From Phoronis australis (Eukaryota > Animalia > Phoronida): a stretch of DNA of 64,000 bases. A model generated the notes under the pieces. That model ran no database searches. It was not told where the DNA came from and saw only the letters and a program-made list of their open reading frames with translations. Position 1 is the stretch's first letter. Every line of letters begins with the position of its first letter. Shown here one piece after another: positions 36,201-48,712 of the stretch. The stretch lies in assembly GCA_002633005.1 (NCBI GenBank), contig NMRA01000072.1, positions 733,957 through 797,956 on the forward strand, read 5' to 3'. Both the position numbers and the translations under genes were made by a program.

Positions 36201-39200
36201 TTTTCAAAATTGTGATTAAAGGTACAGGTCCAGTAGAAAAATGTTAATATCCACCTATGTATGTGCCCTTCAAGAACACTAGTTACGCAGACTTTAAAGA
36301 ATGTTACACTCAAACATTTTGAAGACGCTACTGAGGGACTGGATCCCAGTATCCACCAAGGGATTGCATCCCCCAGGGCTTGGAATTTTCCGCGGAAACG
36401 CGGATTTCCGCTTTTTTCAAATGTGCTGTCCGCTTTTTTTATAATATTTCCGCGTAAAAAAATCGGATTTGATATAAAATTTCCGCGGCAAATTCCTTTC
36501 TTACCGCGGCGTCGCAGACGACATTCACCTCGAAAAGCGGAAGTTGCTCTTTATGTTTCGGAGGAACGTAAATTGTCAACATTGCCGGGGCACCTGGGAC
36601 AGCGTGGTGGGATTTTCAATGGCGTCTTGTGTTATTGTTAAGCGCGGCGACAAATACTACTGCTCTGCAGCCAAAATTGTGTGGGGTCGGGAGTGGACAG
36701 GCGAGCTAAGAGCTACAAGGACGCAGACGCAAGGTACTGATGGCGGTAACGTTTTTAATTTTTTTTAGTCCTCCCGATTTTTGTCGAGGAAAGGTTCACA
36801 GTGACCAGATTTGGGCCGTAAAAGTTTCCGCGTTTTTTGTCATTGGTCATTCCAAGCCCTGATCCCCATAACCTCACTTTATTCACTGAGGGAATGCACC
36901 CTCCTATCCAACGAGGGACTTAATCCCCATATCCACTGAGGGACTTCACCCCATATTCACTGAGGAACTGCACCTCCATATCCACTGAGGGAATGCACCC
37001 CCATACCCAAAGAGGGATTGCACAACCCATATTCACCGAGGTTCTCCACTCCCATATTCATTGAGGAACTGCACCCCCATATCCAACAGACTTGATCCCC
37101 TATACTTACTGAGAGACTGCACCCCCATATTCATTGAGGGACTGCACCTCCATATTCATCGAGGACCTGCACCCCTATATCCACCAAGAGACTTGGTCCC
37201 CATACTCATTGAGGGACTGCAACCCCATATCCACCGCTTTATAGTGTAGCATATTTATCATCACTTTTTACTGGCTTTATTTTTTATTCATTAAAGCAGA
37301 TATAAACCCACTTTCTGACAAAGAAACAAACTTAATTCCGACTCCTCACCAACATAAAACTGCTTTTACCTCTTTCCTTGCTCAGATGACAAGTGATTTC
37401 TGGGTTTCCAAAGAACCGACAGTTTGTTATTCTGTGAGAGCATAAAATGACACACCGTGACAGGCCAGCTTGTAGAGCTTAATCCCATGCAATACAATAA
37501 GGTATTGGTAGTTCCTACAAAGTCCTGGAATCGCCCCCCGTTTGTCTATGGAAACAATTTTGAGACCAATTTGGTAAGTGGTCTGAATCAAAAGTTTTTA
37601 ATTGTGATGGAAGGTGACTTTATATATTTTTGTCTAACATTGTTCTTCCATTGTCAGTGAAACCAACATGTGGCTCATACCTACTATTTTGAAAACTGAC
37701 GTCAGATAAATATCGACATCAACTTAACTTGACATGTAGAAGCTTGTAATTGGAAAGTGCCAAAAATTGGGGGTGGGCTTGTACATGGCTGGGCTAGGAC
37801 ATTTCTATTTGAGCTAATAGGATCCTCCGTGAAGCACAACACCACATGTAGCACCAATTGATGACCTAGATGTGAATTAGGCTTACAAAGGCCAAGACAT
37901 TGCCTCGTTTCAGGTCTCATCAGGCCAAGGTAAACAAAAGGGTTGAGAGGTGACAGCTGCCACAACATACTACACAAACAAGGGTGCATTTCACACTTAC
38001 CGGACACAGTATGAGATCTTTTATTCCCAGATTGTTAGCAACATGAGCTAGAGTTGTCTCACTCATAAGGAAGTCAGTGAAGGCTCTAGAACAAACGAAT
38101 ACACCACCAATCAAACATGTTAGAGCTTCCCAAATAAACTCTACTTCCAGAGAGCCAGAATGAGACTACAGTCTACAACATTAAAACAAATGTACCAGCA
38201 ATTTCTGGGAGGGGAATCAATGTGTCACTTAGGTTGATGTCATTCTGAGACTTTCTGAAGGACAGTTTTTCATTCCACGTCAGGATGCTTGAGTTGTGAG
38301 TGCTCGGCTCTATTTATCATGAGCTTGGTACAACATATCTGAATGTACTATACAAATGGAAACCTTATGTCATTCATGAGAACCACATGATTGCATTCAA
38401 GATTGTATTTAAGAGCAGAACTAAGGTACACGAGAAAACACATGTTCATGAGAAAAGAACACTGTTAAAGAGAACACCAGTGCATTCTGAAAGTGAAAGT
38501 TGGTACAGTCAAACCTCATTACAATGAACCTACAGAGAACATTCGTTGCAACCAAGGTTCACTGTAGCCGAATCTACTATTCAAAGAAATTAAAAACCCT
38601 GTACAGCGACGTATCTGGTTCTGTTTACTCACACTTTTTTCGTATGTAAGGCTTGCAAGCGCATACCCGGCCATGAGCAGCAAATCACGTGCATGTGCGC
38701 TTCATGACGTGCAAAAAGATGAAATCTTGGAGTCAATTTTAGACTCGCGTGCAATGATTCACAGTGAAGTTTGTGAAATTACCCACTTGGTTGTAACTAT
38801 GTGAACATTGTATCCATGTTCAGGATGGAAAGGGTAATTTGTATGGGGCTTGCGGAATGAAATGTTACAAGCAAGTGATTGTTATGATAAACAGGGTTCA
38901 TTGTAACCCGATTCGACTTTACAATCACACACATGGCAAATCTCTCACGGAACTCAGTGCGACAATAAATTGCGATGCACTCGGATTTTAGAGTCTTAAT
39001 TACTTACTTTATTCCTTCAGCAGGAAGATAAGGGTAGGAAAATCTTAAGAAGCGTTTTACGTGACTTTCTGTTAGGTTTTTCCCTGTAAATGGCATCACA
39101 TATATCACACAACACAACAATACTTATCAAGCAAAAACTGCCACAAGGCTCGACTTGGCGACCTGCCCAATGCTGTCTCAGATTTTGTTTAGCAATCTGT

Positions 39201-42200
39201 TAAAATTCCCAAGTTGCCACGAAGTTGCATGCACACTTCCGAGAACAAGCTCAAATATTACAGGAAGCGAACAAATGGCGTCGGAATGATTCAGTAAAAA
39301 GAAAATGGTTTATTTATGACCGAGGCCTAGAGTATTGAGGCTGAGAGGGCTAACTGGCAGCTATCGACCTGAGAACGTGTTTCTAGTATTCCGTTTATCT
39401 GCTTGCCCTGAACATTTGCCCAGTTTGTCAGTTCTTCAACTCAGGTATCCCGAATTTTCATTTTCGACTGTTGCCAACTATTCAACATGTCCGAGGGCCT
39501 GGACTTTTGCATCAACACATATGCAGCTTCCTCGTTTTGGCAACCTCGCTTTCCACTTGGCAACCTGGGAATTTTGCCAAGTAGCATGTGGGGACTTGGT
39601 GATATGATAAACATCGAGCCCTGTGTCACACACCAACCCGTATTTATGAAAACTGAACAAATGCTTCAAACTTTAAGATGGTTGGTGTTTGTAGACTAAC
39701 GTGGTGAAACAAGTGATTGTTTTAATTCTCAATGTATTTTTACGTATATGAGCAATGAATAATAAACTTTTTTCCTTCTTGTATTTAATATAATTGTAAG
39801 GGCTGTTCCAGCAAAATCTGTATGGGAGGGGGGGAAGGCACTTTTATTTCGTACCCACCGCCCATATTTTTCATTTATTTCTCCAACCCATGACCCATAA
39901 TTTTTTAATTATTTTTAATAGGTTAAAATATAAAATCCAACACTTCCAAACAAATTGCCTCCAGGAGGACCTGTTGAGAACTTAAATGATTGACAGACAA
40001 GAACTAGTTGTCTTGTCCAATATTGTCAAAAACTAAAGTAGCCTGTGAGCAATACTTTTGGCAGCCACCAGGTGTCTCTGTTCACCATGTGTCTAAAATT
40101 TCAATGAACATTTTTTCAATTATAAGGATCTATGAATCTCAAACTGTCTCCACGAACTCTTTTATACTTCTATGTCAAGTGAATATTGGAACTTGTTTAG
40201 CTTACTCCTCATACTTTTTATTTAAAAATCATCAATTTTCTTATATGTGTTAAAACCAGTTTAGTGTTGCATAACTTCAATTCAATAGGACTGCAGACAA
40301 ACAGTTGACTCAAATCAAGTTGCCCATGACTTGTTTAATGGCTTAGTGAACATATTGCACTCTGTTCACTGGCAATATGGGCTCTTTTTTTATTGGGATC
40401 AACATTAAAAGGTCAAAAAATACCACCCATTTTTAATGCATCACTTCTTACAAGAACGACCACCCATAATTTGAGTTTTTTTCTGAAGACCACCACCCAT
40501 GAATTTTTATTTCTGCTGCCGTCCCCCCCCTCCCACACGGATTTTACTGGAACAGCCCTAATTGGAAATTCAGCATAACACTTAATTTAAGCATTTTCCT
40601 TCCTCTAACTTCACAGACAGTAACAACTCCAAATATCCTGAAACTGACCAGTCACTACCTTACTTTGTTAACTTTAAGTTATACCTTCCAAATCGTCAAT
40701 ACCTACCAGACTCATACAATGTTTGATTGCTCTTCATATTTAAAGCAACATCATCCACGCCAAATTCCTGTCTTTGCTGAATCTCTTTTTCAATGTAAGA
40801 TCTGTAAAGAGGTAAAATAAGGTTTTTAAAATTAGATTAATTAAACAGACAGAGGTTGAAAATGCACAAAGCTTTAAACTGCTGCTTTACACAGATGTTA
40901 CAATTTTTGGAGATTCTAAGTAATTGTAAATAAAATTGCTATAAAATCCCCTTCAGCAAACATACTTTAAGCTGCCATAAACTCGTCTTCTGTCCAGAAG
41001 ACTTTGTTTTAGGCCACTTACTACTATAAAGATTTTCTTAAATGCAAGAATCTTGTTAAGGAGGATAGTGTGACCATGTGCTTAGCTTGTAATAGATGGC
41101 CTTATCTTGTAATCAAGTCTTGCGTGTCTTGCATGTTGGTGAGATTCTTGTCTCTGTAGAAATCACACATGGTTTAATCTAGTTCATACTCACTATAAAC
41201 CTGTCTCCCATCAAAAAAAGTTTTTATTTTTATGTTTGGCCACTTGCCAATATAAACTTGAAAATAGATAACAAGTGCTTTAGCACAATAATCAATATCA
41301 TATATACAACAAAATACGAACATCTGTTTTAACTGAAAATATCATAAGTGGATAACAAAAAAACACCAGTAAGGTGAACAATACAAACAACTGCTTTTGA
41401 TATTTTGACATTGTGGTTCAGTAAAAAACAGAAATGCATTAAAGGAATATATTAACACATGCCAACAAAATCTTAGCAGGGTTCTGAAGATTTGTTTACT
41501 AGTCACTCACTCGTCTGTAAATGCCGTTTTCAATGTCTCCTCTTTAAATTCTTCACCCAACCTCTTGCCAAAGGCAAACACCTCTGCATTGTAGTTCCTG
41601 GAAATAAACAAACATGCTGAGTGTAAGCACACCTTGCAGTGACAATATTTCTCAGTGGCCAACATGTTGGGCTCTTAACCTTAAGTTGACATTGATTCCT
41701 GACTACTACTGATGTGTAGCTGTGACCATGAGCACGGCACTTCAGCTGTATTGGTCCAGTCAATTCAGTATCAGCTTCAACAGGGAGGTATAAGATCTTC
41801 GACTATGGGGTCAAAAGCACCTCAACAGCTCACATTACAGAAACCAGAGTTACCAACCGGCCCAATGAGTCTGGTGGCTTGCTAAGGATTTATTCAACAC
41901 TTTGCTAATAGTCAGCAGACACAGGAGAAAAATGTGGTAAAAAAGTTTAACGCATATTAAAGTGGTTATCATATATATTTTAACACAAATTAGTCTGAGA
42001 ATTCTAAATTCAGGAACGTTATTCCAAAAGTCACGAGGAGATGCAGATTAGAAAATACGGAATCCAGGAATTGGTTTGTTAAAACAAATTTACAAGAGCT
42101 TGAGAAAATCTGGGAAAAAAACATAATGTTGTGTGTAAATATTCACATCTCAGTGTTTCTAACTAAAGAAATGACCAACACAAACCAATTAATCCATGCT

Positions 42201-43866
42201 GATTTAGGTCTTTCTGGTTCGGGTCCTACATCTGTGCGCCTCCGGTAAAGCTCCTGGTAGTACCGTGAATGCCATACTTTTCTTCCTCGTGAAAAAACTA
42301 GAAAACACTTTGTGTAGTTAAGCATTGATTCACCATTTTCATTCCCAAACACAATATGTAATCTGTAAAACACAATTTCATTCGACGATCTTAAAAATTA
42401 TGTAGTATGTAGGTATGTAATCAATTAAGTGCACAGCAACAACTCTTCTGCAACATAGTATATTGAATCGGTTTATGTAGGAATTTCAAGAGGTCCATTA
42501 TACAGAGTTCAAGTGGGCAACTGACAATCTCAGATTTTGCTTGGAAACCTGGTAAAAGTCCCAAGCTGTCATGCACACAATTGACAATGCACTCAAAATA
42601 CTACAAGAAGCAAACAGATAGTAGTTCAGCAAAACGAGAAGTGACCAGTGTTCTCCACAACTTGTTTTGACTCAATCGTTGCTGTGTCGAGTTTGAATTT
42701 TGCGAGTTTGGCTTACTTGTGTCTACTTTGAAAACCCATGCAGTGGGTTTGAAGTGAGGAAGATTAGGGATTTCTCAAGCAAATTAGGACACTTGGACCT
42801 TAGGTACGAGTTCAGTGCATTAATTCCAAGACTTAACGCATAGTCTCCCCACTGTATGGACATTGACTTTCGAACACGTGCAAGATTTTTTTGTAATCCC
42901 CATCAAATTTGAGTTTGGAGACAGTTCCCGACTCATTAACAGATGTATCCTGATCGTCTGCAAGAGGTGACCCTGTGCGGGGTATTGTGCCTGGGGAGAA
43001 ATTGGCCATTACCAAATTCACAATGTAGATCTGCTGGTCTCGAATAAGCACCCAGTGAAAACACCATTGTTCAATACATGCCAAGTCTCAAATAAGTACC
43101 AAGAGCTCTAATTCCTGACTGATTGAAAGAACAGCTCTGACCGCAATACACACCTTCCCTGTATAGCTTTTGCTAATAAAATGTAAGGAACCATAGTTGA
43201 AATAACGTACAAGGTAGATCAATGTGGGCATTTCTATGAAGGTAGGAAAATTGCAGAACATCAGCAATTGTTGTTTGAGATCTACAGCATTTCTGCTGCA
43301 TGGTTTGTAACATTGCCATTGGCCTTGTTAAGCGCTGGTTTTGAATAAGCGATGGAGGCGAAATGTCCTTAAATAATAAGTGCCCAGGAGCTAATAGTAT
43401 GTGGCATTATGGTATATTAAGCCAAGCTCTTTAGGACAAACACAAAACTGCTGGTGACAAGGGGTGGAGGGGGGGCTGAAATGAATTGCAACCTGGGGGC
43501 ACTTCTTTGCAATGCAATGAACAGTGGGGGGGGGGACCAAAATGTAAATGTAAATGAGTTTTGACAAAGCTTCTAAACTGCTAGACAGTCACCACCGTCT
43601 CTAGCTGAACTACAGCTAGCGACGGTGGTCTCTGTCTAGTAACAGTAACCTGCTTGTTCAACTTCAATCAAGAAGACTTCATTTTACTTTGAAGTTGGCC
43701 ATTTTTGATAATGCAAAATAATCCAAAATAAAATTGTGAAACTTTATATATGATGACTATAAGCACACTGCATGTCACATTCATTACCAGAGTTCGTAGG
43801 AGACCTCACTAAAAGTTTACTGTTTAGGCACAAATTTAACACGACCTTCCTGCAGGCGGCCGCCAT
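33264..43866 (-). CDS. MRPL44: Mitochondrial large-subunit ribosomal protein mL44 (RNase III-like domain plus dsRBD); spliced, 335 aa
   Basis: Minus-strand exons: 43866-43788, 42297-42186, 41597-41511, 40801-40707, 39083-39008, 38085-38001, 36167-36096, 35398-35250, 34504-34422, 33433-33264 (1008 nt, all GT-AG, phases consistent). Translation includes WINWNYNAEVFAFGKRL, LKTAF, YPYLPAEGIK, DFPVP..SFLAVIG, FVQDFILTQL..NPMGVL, VGIYSDKELIGQAPGETVSIAEEMAA, matching the mL44 family; basic, acid-free N-terminus fits a mitochondrial presequence. Confidence 0.94.
33908..33973. repeat. 33-bp tandem duplication
   Basis: agtggccattgtttgtagtgaact(g/a)aatgacaa twice. Confidence 0.85.
36330..37235. repeat. 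~25-bp degenerate minisatellite (ACTGAGGGACTGCACCCCCATATCC), interrupted by a MITE
   Basis: About 2 units before 36374 and about 14 units after 36861, in a MRPL44 intron. Confidence 0.85.
36374..36861. mobile_element. hAT-like MITE with 6-bp TSD
   Basis: Perfect 13-bp TIR CAGGGCTTGGAAT; ATCCCC directly on both sides (36368-36373, 36862-36867); TTCCGC subterminal repeats; CpG-rich, so probably young. Confidence 0.8.
38506..38919. mobile_element. Tc1/mariner (pogo/Tigger-like) MITE
   Basis: TA|CAGTCAAACCTCATTACAATGAACC ... GGTTCATTGTAACCCGATTCGACTT|TA: imperfect TIRs with TA TSD. Confidence 0.65.
39144..39623. mobile_element. hAT-like MITE
   Basis: Ends CAAGGCTCGA...TCGAGCCCTG; inverted ttgcca/tggcaa subterminal motifs; flanks tgcca/tgtca. 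Confidence 0.45.
39800..40558. mobile_element. PIF/Harbinger (Tourist-like) MITE
   Basis: TIR GGGCTGTTCCAGCAAAATCTGTATGGGAGGGGGG / CCCCCCTCCCACACGGATTTTACTGGAACAGCCC; TAA TSD at 39797-39799 and 40559-40561. Confidence 0.8.
43581..43639. repeat. Short palindrome/hairpin (27-bp arms, 5-nt loop) in MRPL44 intron 1
   Basis: ctagacagtcaccaccgtctctagctg-aacta-cagctagcgacggtggtctctgtctag, 3 mismatches. Confidence 0.75.
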
Positions 43867-44127
43867 CTTGTATACCAAACTAAAGCTAACGTTTTGACAT
43901 TAATGTAACTTTATATTTTCCTATGTTTTCATTCTTTAATTGCCCCCAAAATTTCAAACACGGAGAAATAATAGCGCAAAACTATACAATAGGTCTCGTT
44001 TTTGATAACTATAAGATAAATTCGACGTTTGTTAAACTACTATTACATTTAGAGAGACGTCGCTAGCTCTTTGAGTTTTACGATGATATACCTTATGATG
44101 AGCGATGAACATAAGTGAACAGCAAAG
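43867..44127. promoter_or_regulatory. Putative bidirectional promoter shared by MRPL44 (-) and MRPL57 (+)
   Basis: Divergent start codons are 261 bp apart; YY1-type motif GCCGCCATCTTG at 43859-43870 overlaps the MRPL44 ATG. Confidence 0.7.
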
Positions 44128-47100
44128 ATGCGTATTACTCAATTTTTAACGTATTATGTCCATCGATATAGAGTTCCTGGACAACTGTACGGCGGGTAAG
44201 TACAAAACACAGGCTACTTTCGATTCATAATGTTGCAATAAATTATCACATATTTGATCCGAACTGGCTTCCGAACCACAGTTACTACAGGCTACAGGCG
44301 TACAGCTCGTCACCTGGGCGGCCATTGCCCGACATAGGCTCCTTCGCGATGGAGGAATATTCAGTATTCTAGCCTTGGAACAAAACTTTATGAATATACA
44401 GCTTTGGATTGACGTGGGTTAAGAAATTTCCAAATAAAATCAGACACAATATTAATCTCATTCATACACAAACTAAATTAGTTGGTGGTTCCTAAAAATG
44501 CCATTCTACCGTTCTTCTGCTGCTAAATTTGTGGAGCGTTCTTATGTGTCCGCTTTCAGTGCCATGAAATACAGCATCGATTAGGTAAATTGGTGTTTTT
44601 TGCCAATTCTTTAATCAACTGTTCTTTTTCCTCAGGATTGTGTACATGTCACAATAAATTATCGGAATTAGTGCCAATTCATATCTTTCTAGTATATTTT
44701 ATTACCTGCAAAGTGAATTTGTGAACAAGTTTTGCTCCTGTGAAACATATCGCAAAAAATCAGCACATGACGCGTGAGCCTGTCATGAGCGTAATGTTTT
44801 CAAGTCAACGACAGACTTTCTAGAGAATGATGCAAGAAAATAGTGTATATTAATATTAGATTGTTGTTTTTCACTTAAATGGTTGTAATAGGCGAGGTGA
44901 GAGTCAACTGACTCCCAGATTTTGCATGCATCCCATCTGGTTGTTAACTTGTGAAATTGAAATTCTTATACAGTTTGGAACATATAGCGGCTGTCAGTGC
45001 TGCCTGCGGTAGGCCTGTCACATGTAGTCAATAGCTAAGGTTGACAGATCAACTGTTCTCACTAGTGGTGAAGGCTGGAGTAAGATAAAATCACATTTGG
45101 CTCGTTATGGAATTCCTTCCGTGATCATGTCAGATCCAGGAAGTCAGTTCACCTGCATGGAATTCCGATCTTTCATACACAAGTGGGATTGTACCCATCA
45201 CATGAGTTCGCCAAAACACTCCCAGTCAAACGGAAAGGTTGAGTCAGCAGTCAAGGCAGCCAAGATTTTACTTCACAAGTGTAAGAGATCTCAGACGGAT
45301 CCCTATTTGGCTATTCTGGAGTCACGGTGGGTAGTAGCCTAGCTCAACGATTACTTGATCGACGCACACGATCTCTGGTGCCTGTCACAGCCAGATTGTT
45401 AGCTCCACGTGGTGAGGCCTCACACTCGTATTACAGCGACAGTTATAAAGTGGATGAAATGGGCCGTTTACTAGCTCAACGTTACAATCATCATGCCAAG
45501 GACCTAGCTTACCTACTGGAAGGTGACTCTGCAAATTCAACCCAGTCAACTTGGCATCAATGAGTGGGAGAAAGGATTTGTGACTAAGCAACTTGGTGAC
45601 AGATCTTATGAAGTGCAAACCCCTAACAGATGCTACTCACGCAATAGAGTGCACCTCCACAAGTCCTATGAGCCTCCATCTACTGTATCGGGTGATCTTC
45701 TTTCTGCCTCACAAAATGGCGTTGATGTATTGTCTAGTGATTCTACAACACATGTGCCCAACAGATCAGTTCGTGATCAACGACCACCATCCTACTTAAA
45801 GGACTATGTCATGGCTTAGTTTACTTCATGTGTGGACTATTAGTTCTTTTTAGTCTGACTTCGTATATCTAGTTTTAGTTCTGTTTTATTATATTATTTT
45901 TTTTTCTTTTTTTTTCAGGAGGATATTTCAATATTGCTTAGTTTTATCGCTAATCAATAGATAGCGTTGCTAGTATAAAATTAACTTCATCTCTGTTCCG
46001 CAATATAAGTGTCATGTTAGCGAACACGTTTATGTTTTACTCGCACTAATTCCAGCTAGTCTTGAAACAGAAACAGTTGTAATTAACTTGTGGTCACTCT
46101 TCGTTTTTTATGACTGGCATACGTTTAAAATATAATAACAAAAAGCTAGAATAGTTTTGTAGTCACTGCAACCAAAATTATCCAGAGATTCCAAATCTTC
46201 AGTTTGACTTTCACCATGTATATATATATGTTATGATTTGAGTTCTAATAAAGATTGAACTTGATCTACCGCTGTAATGACACATGTAGTTTTTTCGGGC
46301 ACCTGTATGGTCAATACTGGGTTGAAATTTGTTAAGTTAGGCTAACAATCACGACTAAAATGGTTGTGGAGTACATTATTTTGTATTATGGTCAGTTGTT
46401 CATTAGAAGGTATAACCCTGAATAAATTCATATCTGTAACCTGAAACATTTGCACTTTTCCGGGGGGAGGGGGGGGAGGTGGGCTCAGCTGACTGCTTTC
46501 CATATTTAGTAAAACCGTGGGGTAAAGGATTGATTGTGCATTCTTGTAAACAAAAAAGATTGCTGTGCATAAATTAATTTTTTAACATGGTGGGCGCACA
46601 TTCATCATCAGAGGCCAAGTTGGCAACGAAACTCTGCAACAAGTTCAGTTAAATGAAATCTGATAGAAATTACGTTTAAGGGAGTTAAGTCACTACTTTG
46701 TTGCTTATTATTCTAGTCATTCAAGCAAATAAAAGTAAAATTTCAACTGGGAACCAGACAAAAATTCAAAATCAGTGCACCTGGTGGTGATTTTAGGAAC
46801 TGTTTTTTTGACCTGGAATTTCAGGTTTCAATTTGAGTTTTTCGACCTGTAATGTTTTGGAGGTAGACTTGGTGATTTTTGTTGTATTTGAAGGTTGCGA
46901 CACCTTGTTATCTTTAGTGACTCACAAAAGTCGAAAGCTGTGTGGAGTGCACCAATGTGCGCTGTGTAACTAGTAACTACCAATCTGTTTCATAGGAAGG
47001 CTCTCCCGACTTTCTAGGCATTATGGCATCTGTGTCTTATACACATACGTACTATGGCTGGTGCTTTTTACCTTGCAATTAAGCAATAAAGCATATCTTT

Positions 47101-48407
47101 GATCTTCACCCTATGGAAAAAGTCAAGTCCGTTGTGTCAGGGGGAATTAAAAACCTACTTATTTAGTGACTTGTCTACTTTTGTTGTATATTTATTCTAA
47201 TACAGTCCCAGGAGGCACACTCTGAAAATCGATGCAGGAGATTGATGATAACAAACTTTTAAACCCAAAACGCGAGACGTTATGAATGAGAATGTTATGT
47301 GACTTTAGAATCTGTTTATACCAAATTCTCAATGTCACCAGAGTATTTTAGTTCATTTCGTGCAGGAATTCAATGGTAAGGTAATACCAGCTTATAAATG
47401 GGTAAGCAAACTACAGTTTCGATGACTGCATAAATTTGTTTTCACATTGATTCAGTAAATCTTGCATAAATTTGACATGACACAGGTGAGTTCTTCAGTT
47501 TACAGCGTCAAAGTTTTCAGTATGGTTGTTAAGTGTGTGTACTTGTCCTTTTCAGCTATGAACCGAATTTTGTATTACTCTGTTAAACAATCTCACTCTG
47601 ATTGAGTCTTACTTTTAAACTATTACGTACCTAATGAAGTAGTTCCCAATTGCATTATCTGCAGTTTGAGTTTTTTATTACAGGAAGCATCGTAAATTAC
47701 GTAATATAACAGAAAGAATAAAGTATGGTGTGGTAAAAAATTTGATTGACGAACAGAAAAATATAGAAGCCATCAGCAATCCTTACTTGACTGAGGTGAG
47801 TGCTATCACATGATACCAGCAGTGTTAACATTTATTATAGATGAACATACTTAGGCCAGTGCACCTACATCCGAAATAATGTTTTTTTCTTAGAATAAAT
47901 TCTACTAAAGTGTTTCACACATAAGTGCTAGCACCTTAAGTTCACTTACAGGCACCAGCAGCTATACCTTTTGTATATGGGAGTTCCTTGTGCAGTTTTA
48001 TGTGCCCACATATGTATATTTCTGAAGCACTATAGGTTATCAAAAAATATCTAAAAAGTTCTGGGGATACAGTGTTTTACAGTGTTTAATGAAATGAGAA
48101 ACTATTGTTGGATGGCATAAAATTGACAAGAAATGCACCCTTTTAGATATTTGTTCAACATTATTTGCTAAATTCTCGGGTATAAATTTTTGTACGGAGG
48201 CAAGCTAATTTTGTCAGACACTGATGCCATCTTCCAAACTTGTTTCAGGAGGAGGATCATGGGCACACAAATGCCCTAGGTGCCGATTACATCAAGTTGC
48301 AAAACATTATACACAAACAACGACTTGAACGAATGGAGAAAAGATGGCCAAACAAAACAAGTGAAGGTCACTTTACCCATCTCAAAACCACGAAAAGTTG
48401 GGAGTGA
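44128..48407 (+). CDS. MRPL57: Mitochondrial large-subunit ribosomal protein mL63 (MRP63); spliced, 112 aa
   Basis: Exons 44128-44195, 47684-47795, 48249-48407 (339 nt, GT-AG). Protein MRITQFLTYYVHRYRVPGQLYGGKHRKLRNIT...EAISNPYLTEEEDHGH...HFTHLKTTKSWE* follows the mL63 pattern (R-x-P-G...GKHR, PYLT..E.GH, terminal HL....W). Not in the ORF track because the exons are short. Confidence 0.88.
45082..45819 (+). mobile_element. Ty3/Gypsy LTR retrotransposon integrase remnant (frameshifted) in MRPL57 intron 1
   Basis: ARYGIPSVIMSDPGSQFTCMEFRSF...SSPKHSQSNGKVESAVK (rve core with second D and E), DPYLAILE, then W.KG.V...RSYEV...RNRVHL and terminal R..RPPSYLKDYV*, all typical of Gypsy pol C-termini; spread over several frames. 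Confidence 0.9.
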
Positions 48408-48712
48408 CGATAAATGTTCGACTTTATGCCTGCTGTCCTGAAGGCGAGCAGATTACAAGAATGTTGATGATTCCACCCCTTACTGGTTCTGTCTCTGAGT
48501 TTTGTGCATGGAGTGCCTCTTGTGGGAGATAAAACCATTATTTGCCTGACTGTTTAAACATTTCTCCTCTGTACAGTGTCTTCCAAAATGGGTCCTGTGA
48601 TTCGAGGAAGAGCACGTCACACTTGCCAATTGAGCTGAATGATGTTTCCAAATTTGTTCCAAAGTCAGAGAGCTGAGGAAGTTTACATAGCATCATTTTT
48701 AAGTTGCCAGTG

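Noticed and set aside
47205-47380. Possible extra MRPL57 exon bounded by AG and GTAAG
   Set aside because: Exons 1 and 2 already join in phase to give the conserved GGKHR motif; no similarity supports an insert.
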